From: an uncultured Gemmataceae bacterium
GTDB lineage: Bacteria > Planctomycetota > Planctomycetia > Gemmatales > Gemmataceae
Direction: 5' to 3'
Length of the DNA stretch: 64,000 nt
NCBI GenBank assembly: GCA_963750165.1
Contig: CAVVPN010000003.1
Location: 2,208,001 to 2,272,000, forward strand
Position numbers and translations under genes: made by a program. Shown here in pieces: positions 50,687-60,844 of this stretch (its first letter is position 1; each line of letters opens with the position of its first letter). The notes under the pieces are model-generated. The model did not search any database and was not told the origin of the DNA. It saw nothing but the letters and a program-made list of their open reading frames with translations.

Positions 50687-52162
50687 TCACGGGGGCGAGG
50701 TGGGCAGGATTTCCTCGTACTCGGAGCTGTCCTCGTGCTCGCCGACGCGCGCCGGGACGATGACCAGATCGTCGTTCATTTCGCCGCGGGTGAACAGCTT
50801 GCGGAACTTGGTGACGAACAGCCCCGCCTGCACATGGCCCGTCAGTTCCTGCAGCCGGCGCACGTCTTCGCTGGGCGCGTGGCGGACCAGGTAGCCGATG
50901 GGCCGCTCTTGCTGCGCTTTCTGAAGGCGAGCCCGGATGACCTTGGCGATGGCCTGGGCGCGCTTGTGATTCCTCAGATCGACTTCGGTGAAGCCGTCAT
51001 CGACGTTGGGCACCTTCTCCGAGTAGGGGGCGTCGCCGCACAAGACCCGGATGTCCGCGGCGCTCAACCGCCGAGCCCATTCCAGGGCGGTGCCCGTTTT
51101 GCCTTGCGCGTTGGGTTGGGGGGGTGTCCCTTTGGCGGAACCGTTCCCGAAGCCGCCGAAGCCACGACCGCCTCCGAAACCGCCGCCGCCGAAACCACCG
51201 GAGCCGTTTCCGAAAGAGGTGAAGCCCAACTCCTGGCCGCGCTTGAGTAGCTGGGGGATTTGTTGCTCGATGGCCTTGAGCCAGTCGGCGCCCTTGCCGG
51301 GCAGGCCGCCGGGGGTGCAACCGCTGGCCGCCTGCAACATGGGCACCCATTGGTATTGGTAACTCATGTCATTCTGGAGATCGACCTTGAACGGCGCCTG
51401 CACATAGAACAGCGCCTCCGTCTTATCTTTCACCGAAATCTGCGTGATCTTCAGCGGGTAGACGAGTTTGTCGGAGGTGAACTGGAAGCGGGTGGGGGTG
51501 ACTTCGCCGGCATAGGAGCCGTCCTTGTTCTTCTTCATCTGCATGGTGTCGATCTTCATGACCGTGAACACCCACTTCTTCTGCACGTAGTAATTCAACG
51601 TCGCCTCGTCCCCCGCATAGCTGTATTTGTTCGCCTTCAGCCAGACGAAGAGGGCGTCGGCGCGGGCCGCCTCGATGATCTTGTAGTCCAGCGATCCGAC
51701 CACGCCGACCTCCAGAATCTTGATCGCTGCTTCGAGTGGACGCGGATCTGTCCCACGGATCACCAGTACGCCCAGTGATTCGAGGGCTTTCGCGCTCACG
51801 CCAAGGCGCGGCCCGTTTCCCATAAGCGGCAGCAGTTGCGACTCGGGGAATTCGCGCTTCTTCATGATCGAGTACACCGCGAGGTGCTTGAAGAAGTCGC
51901 GCGGCATCTCATGCAGCTTGGGCTGGCTGGGCGTCGGAATCACCATGCCGAAGTCCAGGGCGTTGCCCTCGAACTTCGGCTGCACCGTGAAACTTTCCAG
52001 CTTTTTCGCCGGATCCCAGGTGATGAACACCTTCTGCGCCGGCTGCAAAATGTCCGCGTTCTGCGCCGAGAAGTAACAACACGCCGCGTCCACACCGGCC
52101 GGGGCCCACCCGGTCAGCACCAGCGCGGCCACCGACCACCAACAGCAACGCCAACCGCCCAT
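50687..52162 (-). CDS. Secreted DUF2330-like protein, paralog A
   Basis: Signal peptide then AACC; FGMVIPTP, WLKANKY, YPLKITQIS. Confidence 0.7.
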   Translation of the reverse strand: MGGWRCCWWSVAALVLTGWAPAGVDAACCYFSAQNADILQPAQKVFITWDPAKKLESFTVQPKFEGNALDFGMVIPTPSQPKLHEMPRDFFKHLAVYSIMKKREFPESQLLPLMGNGPRLGVSAKALESLGVLVIRGTDPRPLEAAIKILEVGVVGSLDYKIIEAARADALFVWLKANKYSYAGDEATLNYYVQKKWVFTVMKIDTMQMKKNKDGSYAGEVTPTRFQFTSDKLVYPLKITQISVKDKTEALFYVQAPFKVDLQNDMSYQYQWVPMLQAASGCTPGGLPGKGADWLKAIEQQIPQLLKRGQELGFTSFGNGSGGFGGGGFGGGRGFGGFGNGSAKGTPPQPNAQGKTGTALEWARRLSAADIRVLCGDAPYSEKVPNVDDGFTEVDLRNHKRAQAIAKVIRARLQKAQQERPIGYLVRHAPSEDVRRLQELTGHVQAGLFVTKFRKLFTRGEMNDDLVIVPARVGEHEDSSEYEEILPTSPP

Positions 52163-52323
52163 GACGAGTACCTCCGCACAGGGATTCGCAGCTCGACCGG
52201 GCACCCCGTCCAAAGTGTAATCACGCCTGACCGTCACCGCCAGCGATTTACCCAAAAAGGCCGCAGCGTCTCCCAACAGGAAGCGCCGCGGCCTTGCGTT
52301 TCATCTGGCCTTGCTCATTCGCC

Positions 52324-53718
52324 TCACGGGGGCGAGGTGGGCAGGATTTCCTCGTACTCGGAGCTGTCCTCGTGCTCGCCGACGCGCGCCGGGACGATCA
52401 CCAGATCGTCGTTCATTTCGCCGCGGGTGAACAGCTTGCGGAACTTGGTGACGAACAGCCCCGCCTGCACATGACCGGTCAACTCTTGCAGCCGCCGCAC
52501 GTCCTCACTCGGCGCGTGGCGGACGAGGTAACCGAGGGGGCGATCCTTGTGAGCCTTTTGCAGCCGGGCCTGGATGACCTTGATGACCGCCTGGGCGCGC
52601 TTCTGATCTTTCATGTCCGCCTGGGTGAAGCCCTCATCCACATCGGGAACCTTCTCCGAGTAGGGGGCGTCGCCGCGCAGCATCTTGATGTCGTTGTCGG
52701 TCAGCCGCCGCGCCCATTCCATCGTCGTGGGGATGTGGCCCTGCTTGTTGGGCAGCGGTCGCCGGCCGGCCATGAAGGTGAAGCCGAGGTCCTGGCCGCG
52801 CTTGAGCAACTGGGGCAGCTGTTGTTCGATGGCTTTGAGCCAGTCGGCGCCCTTGCCAGGCAGCCCGCCGGGAGTGCAGCCGCTGGCGGCCTGCAACATC
52901 GGCACCCATTGGTACTGGTAGCTCATATCATTCTGGAGATCGACCTTGAACGGCGCCTGCACATAGAACAGCGCCTCGGTCTTATCCTTGACGGAAATCT
53001 GCGTGATCTTGAGCGGATAGACGAGTTTGTCGGAGGCGAACTGGAAGCGCGTGGGCGTAACTTCGCCGGCATAGGAGCCGTCCTTGTTTTTCTTCATCTG
53101 CATGGTGTCGATCTTCATGACCGTGAAGACCCACTTCTTCTGGACATAGAAGTTGAGCGTCGCCTCATCGCCAGAGTAGCTGTACTTGTTCGCCTTCAGC
53201 CAGGCGAACAGCGCATCCGCTCGGTTGGCCTCGATGATCTTGTAATCCAGCGAGCCCACCACGCCCTGCTCCAGCACGACGACGGCGGGACGGTGGTCTT
53301 CCGGCGCTTTGCTTTCGTCCTTCGTGGCGGATTTATCAAAGAGTTTCAGTCCCGCCAAGCGCTCCTCGCGCAGCACCGGCAACAGTTTCGATTGCGGGAA
53401 CTCTCTCCGCTTCATGATGGAGTACACCGCCAGGTGCTTGAAGAAGTCGCGCGGCATCTCGTGCAGTTTCGGCTGCGTGGGCGTGGGGATGACCATGCCG
53501 AAGTCCAGGGCGTTGCCCTCGAACTTCGGCTGCACCGTGAACGACTCCAACTTTTTCGCCGGGTTCCAGGTGATGAACACCTTCTGCGCCGGCTGCAGAA
53601 TATCCGCGTTCTGCGCCGAGAAGTAACAGCACGCCGCGTCGGCGCTGGACGCGCCGGCCGCGCTCACCGCCAGCGCCGTCAGGAACGACGGCAGCCAGCG
53701 CCGCTGCGCTCGCTTCAT
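52324..53718 (-). CDS. Secreted DUF2330-like protein, paralog B
   Basis: AAGGA RBS; long blocks identical to paralog A. Confidence 0.72.
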   Translation of the reverse strand: MKRAQRRWLPSFLTALAVSAAGASSADAACCYFSAQNADILQPAQKVFITWNPAKKLESFTVQPKFEGNALDFGMVIPTPTQPKLHEMPRDFFKHLAVYSIMKRREFPQSKLLPVLREERLAGLKLFDKSATKDESKAPEDHRPAVVVLEQGVVGSLDYKIIEANRADALFAWLKANKYSYSGDEATLNFYVQKKWVFTVMKIDTMQMKKNKDGSYAGEVTPTRFQFASDKLVYPLKITQISVKDKTEALFYVQAPFKVDLQNDMSYQYQWVPMLQAASGCTPGGLPGKGADWLKAIEQQLPQLLKRGQDLGFTFMAGRRPLPNKQGHIPTTMEWARRLTDNDIKMLRGDAPYSEKVPDVDEGFTQADMKDQKRAQAVIKVIQARLQKAHKDRPLGYLVRHAPSEDVRRLQELTGHVQAGLFVTKFRKLFTRGEMNDDLVIVPARVGEHEDSSEYEEILPTSPP

Positions 53719-53836
53719 GGGTGGTCCTTTCTTCGCTCGGGGAAGACATCGGGCGCGCTTCGCGCCCATGATGAAGACGAGGTAGACGACGTTCTGGATT
53801 GCCCGAAACCGCGGCCCGGCCGCGTCGGAAAAGGCC

Positions 53837-53902
53837 GCGGCCCACCCTGGTGGGGCCAGCGCCTGCACACGCCGCAGGCGCTGGCCCACCAGGGTGGGCC
53901 GC
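53837..53902. repeat. Palindrome with a 1-nt bulge
   Basis: GCGGCCCACCCTGGTGGGGCCAGCGCCTGC / GCAGGCGCTGGCCCACCAGGGTGGGCCGC. Confidence 0.8.
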
Positions 53903-53921
53903 ACGAGTCCTGGCCGATGGG

Positions 53922-54842
53922 CTAGTTTTTGTTCTTTTTCTTCTTCTTCTGCGGTGTCTTCGGCAGCGACGCCGGGTCGGGCTCTGTCTCGATCAGCACC
54001 AGGCGCACGTAGGGCCGCGGCGGTGTCTGCGCACCCGGCGTCGTCCCCGTACCGCCGATCGTCGCGGTCTTCGGCGACGCCGAGTCGCCCAACTTCGCGG
54101 AGTCCGTCTTGTTGTTCTTCGGATCGACCTTGAGGTTGCCGTCCGTCTTCTTCGTGGTTTTGCGGGAGCCCAGGTACAGTTTCACCGTCTGGCCGACCGT
54201 CAGGTCGTCCGGCTTGGCCAGGTAGCCGGGCATCGTCGCATCCTGCTTCTTCTTCAACTCTTCCTTGGTGTAGGTGGCAACGTTGCCCTTGTCGTCGTAC
54301 TCGGTCGGCAGGTTGACACGGGCCACGCGCAGGTCCGGGGACAGGTTGAAGTCGAACTCCTTGGCGACCTTCACGACCTTGTACTGGTTGTTGTTGGTCG
54401 CCATACCGGCCTGCATCATGCGCACCTGGAGCTGCTGCATGTCGCGCTCGAACTTCATCATCCGCTGTTGCTGCTGCATCACGTTGCGGCTGGTCATGAT
54501 GCTCTGGTAGTCGCGCATGAGCTGCTGCTGCGCCCGCATGAGGGCCTGCTGGTGATTATTGAGGTTCCGGTTCTTCTGGGCGTTGTTGTTGTTGTTGGGG
54601 ACGTATTGCTGAAACTCGATGCGCAGCGTCAGCGTGTTGTTGCCCACGTCCACGTAGGTGATCTTGCCGATGGCCTCCTTGACCTGGCTGCTGATGTAGG
54701 CGTACTCCTGGTCCGTCGGCTGTTGCTGCTGGACCGTGGTTTTCTTTTGGCCGGGCTTGTTCGGGTTCTGGGCGTGGGCCACGTCGGCGACGGTCAGGGT
54801 CAGCGCCAGCACAGCGCCCGCGCCGCACAGCAGGGTTCGCAT
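53922..54842 (-). CDS. Secreted Gln/Asn/Met-rich hypothetical protein
   Basis: Signal peptide ending AHA; helical QQQ insert; EYDDKGN..YTKEELKK..GY...DDLTVGQTVKL. Confidence 0.75.
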   Translation of the reverse strand: MRTLLCGAGAVLALTLTVADVAHAQNPNKPGQKKTTVQQQQPTDQEYAYISSQVKEAIGKITYVDVGNNTLTLRIEFQQYVPNNNNNAQKNRNLNNHQQALMRAQQQLMRDYQSIMTSRNVMQQQQRMMKFERDMQQLQVRMMQAGMATNNNQYKVVKVAKEFDFNLSPDLRVARVNLPTEYDDKGNVATYTKEELKKKQDATMPGYLAKPDDLTVGQTVKLYLGSRKTTKKTDGNLKVDPKNNKTDSAKLGDSASPKTATIGGTGTTPGAQTPPRPYVRLVLIETEPDPASLPKTPQKKKKKNKN

Positions 54843-55179
54843 GATTCGATTTCCTCGAAGGGACCGGTTGGAGAGCACAGGCACCAAACGCATCCGGCGA
54901 TGGGGGGAATTTGGGCGCAGCACCTCCCCCATTTCCTCTTAGACTAACGTGCGGCCGAAAAGTTCCGCAACTACAAATTTCCCTGAAATCGTTCGCACCA
55001 GCGCTCACATCCGAGCCCAGTGACCGTTTCTTGGAATGAACCCGATGCCAGGCGCCGCGGCGCCGCGCGGCGGCGGACATTTTCGTTGTGCCGCCGGGGC
55101 GGGCCTGGTACAGTGCAAGATGGCTATTTGCAAGTTGACAGGGCGCTGACCTCCCTCCTTCACGCAAAGGTGTGCGGCT

Positions 55180-57270
55180 ATGCTGGCCACCAATGTTTCC
55201 TGCCCCGCGTGTCACGGCATCCTGAAGTCCAGCCGGCCGTTGCGGCCCGGCAAGAACGTTCAGTGTCTCAAGTGTGGCACTTACTTTTCCGTGCCGGGCC
55301 CGGTCGCCGTGCCTGTGGCGGTTGGCGTCGCGCCGCCGGCGGCCACTCCGGTCGCGGTCGGCGTCGCGCCGCCGGCGGCAGTCGCTGCGCGGTCTCCGGG
55401 CCGCGTCCTGGTGTTGACGGCCGTCCTGGGCGGCCTGGTCCTGTTCCTGGGTGGCGGCCTGGCCCTGGCAGTGTACTGCTTTAGCCACGAGGGCGACGCC
55501 AACGGCACCCCGACCCAGCACGCCGGCAAACGCCACCGGCGCCCCGCGGGCGGTGGTCCGTCCGCCCAGCGGGGCGGCGGCGGTGAGGCCGGCACGGTGC
55601 GCGATGGGGACGGCAACGGGAACCAGGCTGACGACAGCGGGAACCAGGGCGACGGTCAGAAAGTTCCGCCTGCGGACTCGACCATCGGCACGCTGAAGCA
55701 ACCGAAAAGCGATCTCAAGTCGGGCAACCAGGGGCTGCCACCGGAACCGCTGCAAACCGAACTGAAGTCGCCGGCCGGCGCCATCCGCACCCAGGGGGCG
55801 CTGTCCGACGCCCGCCAGCGCGAGGTCAACGAAGCCATCGACAGGGGCGTCTACTTCCTGCGCCACAGCCAGCTGCCTTCCGGAACCTGGCAGACGGGAG
55901 AGAATGATGTCGGCTACGCCGCCCTGCCCGGCCTGACGCTGCTGGAGTGCGGCGTACCGGCCAGCGACCCCGCCGTGCAAAAGGCCGCCGCCTTCGTCCG
56001 CAAGAGCGCCGGCCGCCTGAACCAGGTCCATCACCAGACGTATCAACTGTCGCTGGCCATCCTCTTCCTCGGCCGTCTCGACGAGGAGCGCGACCGGGAA
56101 CTCCTCCGTGCCCTGGCGCTGCGTCTGGTGGCCGGCCAGAACGCCGCCGGCGGCTGGACCTACCGCTGTCCGTCGATGACCGCCGCGGATCAGCAGCAAC
56201 TCCTCACCTTCCTCAAGCAACACCAGACGCCGCCGCTGCCGGAGCTGATCGCCAAAAATTCGCCGGTGAAGTTGCAGGATCCGCTCGCCAAACCGGACGA
56301 CCCGATGCGGATTCCCATCGTCCAGCCAATCGACCCGAAGTTGCTGACGATGACGCATCGACCGGGCAATGTCCTGTTCTACCCGGTGCTGCGCCACAGC
56401 AAAAGCGGCCAGGTCGTGGACCTGACGCGCTTCATCGAGAGCCGGCGGATTGGCGTCATCGCGCCGGTCGTGGTCCCCGATCCCAAAGACGATCCGACGC
56501 GGCCGCCGGACAGGAGGGGCAACAAGAAACCGCCGCCGGTCAAGAAATTGCCGGCCAGCCAGCTGACGCAGACGGTGCGCAACCTGCCGGTGGTGCAAAA
56601 CATCCTGGCCGGCAAGCCGCGACCGGTGCCGGCCGGCAACGACGACAACTCAAACTCGCAGTTCGCGCTGATGGCGCTGTGGGTGGCCCGGCGCTACGAT
56701 GTGCCGGTGGAGCGCACGATGGCGCTGGTGCTGGAGCGCTACCACGGCAGCCAGAATGGCGACGGCGGTTGGGGCTATCACGTGCGGGCGCCGACCAAGG
56801 ACACGATGACCTGCGTCGGCCTGATCGGTCTGGCGATGGGTCACGGCACGGCGCAGGAGGCCCGGGCTCACGTCGCGGCGTCGCAGAAGGGAGAGCGGCC
56901 GACCGCGGTGCCGGCGGACCCCGCCATCAAGAACGGCCTGAAGAAGCTCGGCACCTGGCTCGACCATCCCGCCAGGTCCCGCAAGGGCGTCAGGATGGTC
57001 AACCTGTACCTGCTGTGGTCGGTGGAGCGCGTCGGCGTGCTCTACAACCTGAAAACCATCGGCAACAAGGACTGGTACGGCTGGGGCGTCGAGATTCTGC
57101 TCAACCACCAGAAGAGCAACGGTAGCTGGTTCACGTCCAGCTACATCGGCTCGTCCACGCCCCTGGACACGTCGATGGCGCTGCTGTTCCTGAAGCGGGC
57201 CAACTTCATTTCGGATTTGACGGAGAATATGCGGCTGTTCATGCCGGTGCGCGACCCGGAGGCAAGATAA
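55180..57270 (+). CDS. Zinc-ribbon/TM protein with a prenyltransferase/squalene-oxidase-repeat domain
   Basis: CPACH..CLKCG; TM; AIDRGVYFLRHSQLPSGTW, GQNAAGGWTY, DNSNSQFA, SQNGDGGWGY, HQKSNGSW. Confidence 0.85.
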   Translation: MLATNVSCPACHGILKSSRPLRPGKNVQCLKCGTYFSVPGPVAVPVAVGVAPPAATPVAVGVAPPAAVAARSPGRVLVLTAVLGGLVLFLGGGLALAVYCFSHEGDANGTPTQHAGKRHRRPAGGGPSAQRGGGGEAGTVRDGDGNGNQADDSGNQGDGQKVPPADSTIGTLKQPKSDLKSGNQGLPPEPLQTELKSPAGAIRTQGALSDARQREVNEAIDRGVYFLRHSQLPSGTWQTGENDVGYAALPGLTLLECGVPASDPAVQKAAAFVRKSAGRLNQVHHQTYQLSLAILFLGRLDEERDRELLRALALRLVAGQNAAGGWTYRCPSMTAADQQQLLTFLKQHQTPPLPELIAKNSPVKLQDPLAKPDDPMRIPIVQPIDPKLLTMTHRPGNVLFYPVLRHSKSGQVVDLTRFIESRRIGVIAPVVVPDPKDDPTRPPDRRGNKKPPPVKKLPASQLTQTVRNLPVVQNILAGKPRPVPAGNDDNSNSQFALMALWVARRYDVPVERTMALVLERYHGSQNGDGGWGYHVRAPTKDTMTCVGLIGLAMGHGTAQEARAHVAASQKGERPTAVPADPAIKNGLKKLGTWLDHPARSRKGVRMVNLYLLWSVERVGVLYNLKTIGNKDWYGWGVEILLNHQKSNGSWFTSSYIGSSTPLDTSMALLFLKRANFISDLTENMRLFMPVRDPEAR

Positions 57271-57350
57271 TTGCAGATTGCAGATTGCAGATTGAAAGAC
57301 AGCGAAGTTTCTGTCTTTCAATTTGCAATCTGCAATCTGCAATTTGCAAT
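57270..57350. repeat. Inverted heptamer cassette (ATTGCAG)n...(TGCAATC)n
   Basis: Fills the whole gap between two convergent stop codons; inner GAAAGACAG/CTGTCTTTC stem. Confidence 0.9.
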
Positions 57351-58000
57351 CACTTGGCCGGCAGTTCCTTCACCTCGATCTTCTTGACGTGCAACACCGA
57401 CTCGGGGCCCTTGCCGCCCATCGAGGGGCCGTGCTGCTGCAGCGCGAAGTGGCCCTTGGTGTACGTGTTCTTCTTGTCCACGTAATCGACCACCACCTTG
57501 TCGTTGACCTTGATGATGATGTGGTTGCCGTTCGCGATCACTTCCTGCGTGAACCAGGTGTCCGGCGGCACCAGCATCTCAGTGATCTTGACGAAGTTGT
57601 ACAGGCTGCCGGTCTTCTGCGGATCGGGGAAGGTGCTGTTAATCTGCGCCTCGTAGCCCGGCGGGTAGCCGGGGGCGAACTTGGTCCGGAAATACTGACC
57701 GCTGTTGCCCTTGTCGCTGATCTTGGCCTCGATGCGGTAGTGGAAGTTCTGGTAATCGCCGCGCTCGCTGAACAGGTGGCTGGTCGCCTTGCCGCTGCTC
57801 ACCAGGACGCCTTTCTCCACGCGCCACTTGCCCGGGTTCTTCGGATGCGTCTTCCAGCCGGTCAGGTCCTTGCCGTTGAACAACTGCACCCAACCCTTGT
57901 CGCCCTTGTCTTGCTTCTTGCCGCCGGCCGCCAGCGGGTCGGCGGACGACAGTACCAGCAGGGCCCCCACGGTGGCCCCCAGCGTCAGCACACGCAGCAT
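57350..58000 (-). CDS. DUF1080 / 3-keto-disaccharide hydrolase family
   Basis: WVQLFNGKDLTGW, GNSG, GYEAQI, TGSLY, GHFALQQH. Confidence 0.92.
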   Translation of the reverse strand: MLRVLTLGATVGALLVLSSADPLAAGGKKQDKGDKGWVQLFNGKDLTGWKTHPKNPGKWRVEKGVLVSSGKATSHLFSERGDYQNFHYRIEAKISDKGNSGQYFRTKFAPGYPPGYEAQINSTFPDPQKTGSLYNFVKITEMLVPPDTWFTQEVIANGNHIIIKVNDKVVVDYVDKKNTYTKGHFALQQHGPSMGGKGPESVLHVKKIEVKELPAK

Positions 58001-58266
58001 GATGATTCTCCTTGCTCGCGCGCGGCCGGCGCGGCGCGGACTGCCCCCCGCCCTGGTCGCGCTGCCGATGTTATACCCCCGCGCCGCCAAACGGGAATAG
58101 CCGCCCATACGGACCTCGATGCGGGTGAGATGGCGCGTGCGCCATCTCACGGCCGATCCCAAAGCAACTTCAACGAAGGCCGCTCAGGCCGGATCGTGAC
58201 CTATACTTGCGCTGCACGCAACAAGGCACCCGAGCATGAGGTCATGAAGTGGACTCCTCCGTGGTG

Positions 58267-60842
58267 ATGGACGCAGCGAAGCAAGAACCCACCCCACCCC
58301 CCCGCCGTCCCGGCACCGAGCCGATCCCGGGCTACCGCCTGATCGAACCGCTCGGCGCCGGCGGCTTCGGCGAAGTCTGGAAGTGTGAGGCCCCCGGCGG
58401 TCTGTTCAAGGCCATCAAGTTCGTCTACGGCCAGAACACGCCGGTCGGGCCGCGCCGCCAGGTGGTCAACCAGGAACTCGACGCCCTGCAACTGGTCAAG
58501 AACATCCGCCATCCGTTCCTGCTGTCGCTGGAGCGCGTCGAGGTGGTGGACGGCGACCTGCTCATCGTCATGGAACTGGCCGACCAGAGCCTGGCCGAGC
58601 GCCTGGCGGAGTGCCAGCAGCAGGGCGAGCCCGGCATCCCGCGCGAGGAATTGCTCGAATACTTCTGCGAGGCGGCCGAGGTGCTCGACGTGATGAACCT
58701 GCAACACCAGTTGCAGCACCTGGACGTGAAGCCGCACAACCTCTTCCTGGTCAGCAATCACCTCAAGGTGGCGGACTTCGGCGTGGTGCAGAGCCTCGGC
58801 GGCCTGACGCAGCAGGACGACATGACCGTTTCGTCGCAGGTGCCGGCCGGCATCACGCCGCTGTACTCGGCGCCGGAGACGTTCCAGAGCCGGCCCAGCC
58901 CGTTCGCCGACCAGTACAGCCTGGCCATCACCTACTGCGAACTGCTGACCGGCAAGGCGCCGTTCAGCGGCAAGAACGCCCGCCAGCTGCTGTTCCAGCA
59001 CTTCCATGAGCCGCCGGACCTGCACGGGCTGCCGGCCACGGATCGGCCCATCATCGGCCGGGCTCTGGCCAAGCAGCCCGAGAGCCGTTTCCCGTCGTGC
59101 CTGGCGTTCGTGCAGGCGCTGATTACCGGCGTCATGCCGCCCGTGGGTGCCGCTCCGGAGCAGCCGCGCCGTCTGACGCCCAGCCGGCTGCTGCGGCGGT
59201 TGTGCAATTTGGCGGACACGCAGATCCGGGCGCTGACGCCCTGTCAACCGCTGTCCGGCGAGGCACCGCCGCCGCTGGGCGAGCGCGTGCAGGCGCCGCC
59301 CGGCTACAAGCTGGGCAACTGTCTGCAGCGCGAGCCGCTGCGCGAGGTCTGGGAAGTCAGCGCCCGTCCGGGACAGCCGCGACTGCTGCTGGCGTACTTC
59401 GGCGGCCCACCTCAGCCGGAGCCGGTTGCCGAGGCGGCGACACGGCTGCGGGCGCTGGCGCACCCTGGCGTCCAGTCGCTGGAGACGGTCCACATCGCCA
59501 ACGGGGCGCTGCTGATGGTGACCGAGGCCGGCCGCAAGAACCTGGCGGCGCGCTTCCAGGAGTGTCGCATGCGCGGCCTGTCCGGCGTGCCGCGGCAGGA
59601 ACTGCTGACGTACCTGCGTTCGGCCGCCGACGGCCTGGACTATTTGGCGGAAACGCACACCCTGGCGCACCTGCTGCTGACGCCGCGGCACCTGCTGCTG
59701 GGCAGTGGCCGGGCGCTGGTAGCGGAGGCCGGCGTCGGCGCCTGGTTCTGGCAACCGGGCGGCCACTCGCTGGCGGCGCTCAACCCGATTTACGGCGCCC
59801 CGGAGCTGGCCGGCTCCAATGGCTGCCCCCGCGCCGACCAGTACAGCCTGGCGTTGATCTACCTGGAGATGCTGACCGGCACCGCCTACACGCCGGAGCG
59901 GCCGCAGGCGATGCGGCTGGCGCCGCTGCGCGACCGCGACGCCCTGACGCGCGCCCTGCACCGTCAGCCCGAGCAGCGCTGGCCCAGCTGCCGGGCGCTG
60001 ATCGACGCGCTGCTGCCACCGGTCGCCGCGGGCGCGAGTCGCCGGTCGTCGATCCACCTGCCGCCGCCCGCGCCGGCCCAGCCGGCGGCGGTCGTGTGCA
60101 ACCGCTGGGGCGGCGTCGGTGCCGCGAGCTGGAATTACAAGGTCGTGGAGGTGCTGCGCGCACAGCCGGCAACTGGCAGCTGGTTCATTACAAGCAACTG
60201 CGTTATCTGCTGCGGCCGGGCGAGGTGCTGCTGCACCGCTGCGCCAGCCGGCTGCCGTTGGCGGTGGCGGCGTACAAGATGGAGGCGTTCGTCAAGCAGC
60301 ACCGCGGCCTGATGCTGGACACTTCGCCGCGTGAGGTCACGTTCCAGGTGCCGCTGACGAGCAGTCCCACGGCCCGCGCCGGCCTGGGCGTCAAGGTCGA
60401 GTTCCAGACCAATCCGGCGCCGGTGCCGAGCGCCCTGACGGTGTTCACCATCGAGATTCGAGCGCTGGGCTGCGAGGCGCCGGAGGTGGATCGGCTGCTG
60501 CGCGAGGTGGCGCCGGTGCTGCTGGAGAACCTGCGCGACGAGCTGCAGGCGCGCTGCGAGCGGCGGGCGGACGAGCGGTTGGCGTGGGAGACGACGGTGA
60601 CGGTCCACGAGGTGCTGCCGGGCGGCGATCTGGCGGCGCCGCTGGTATGCCGGACCAAGGACATTTCGCTGCGTGGCATTGGTCTGATCGCGCCGCGCGC
60701 GCTGGCGCTGGCGCAGCTGGTGATCGACCTGCCGGCGACCGAGCACAGCGAGGCGGCGCAGGTGACGGCGAAGGTGGTGCGCGTCGAACCGCGGCCGGAC
60801 GGCAGCTTTGAGGTGGGGGCGCAGTTCGTGCCGCGGACGTGA
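58267..60842 (+). CDS. Ser/Thr kinase - pseudokinase - PilZ protein (frameshift around 60090-60170)
   Basis: GAGGFG, AIK, HLDVKPHN, DFG, YSAPE; second degenerate kinase; RRADER and DISLRG in ORF 59097..60842. Confidence 0.85.
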
Positions 60843-60844
60843 GG

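Noticed and set aside
55201..55215. CPACH as a heme-binding site
   Set aside because: It lies before the TM segment and pairs with CLKC, so it is a zinc-ribbon knuckle.
55180..57270. Squalene-hopene cyclase
   Set aside because: No DXDD motif in cyclase context, and the architecture is the generic planctomycete prenyltransferase-repeat type.
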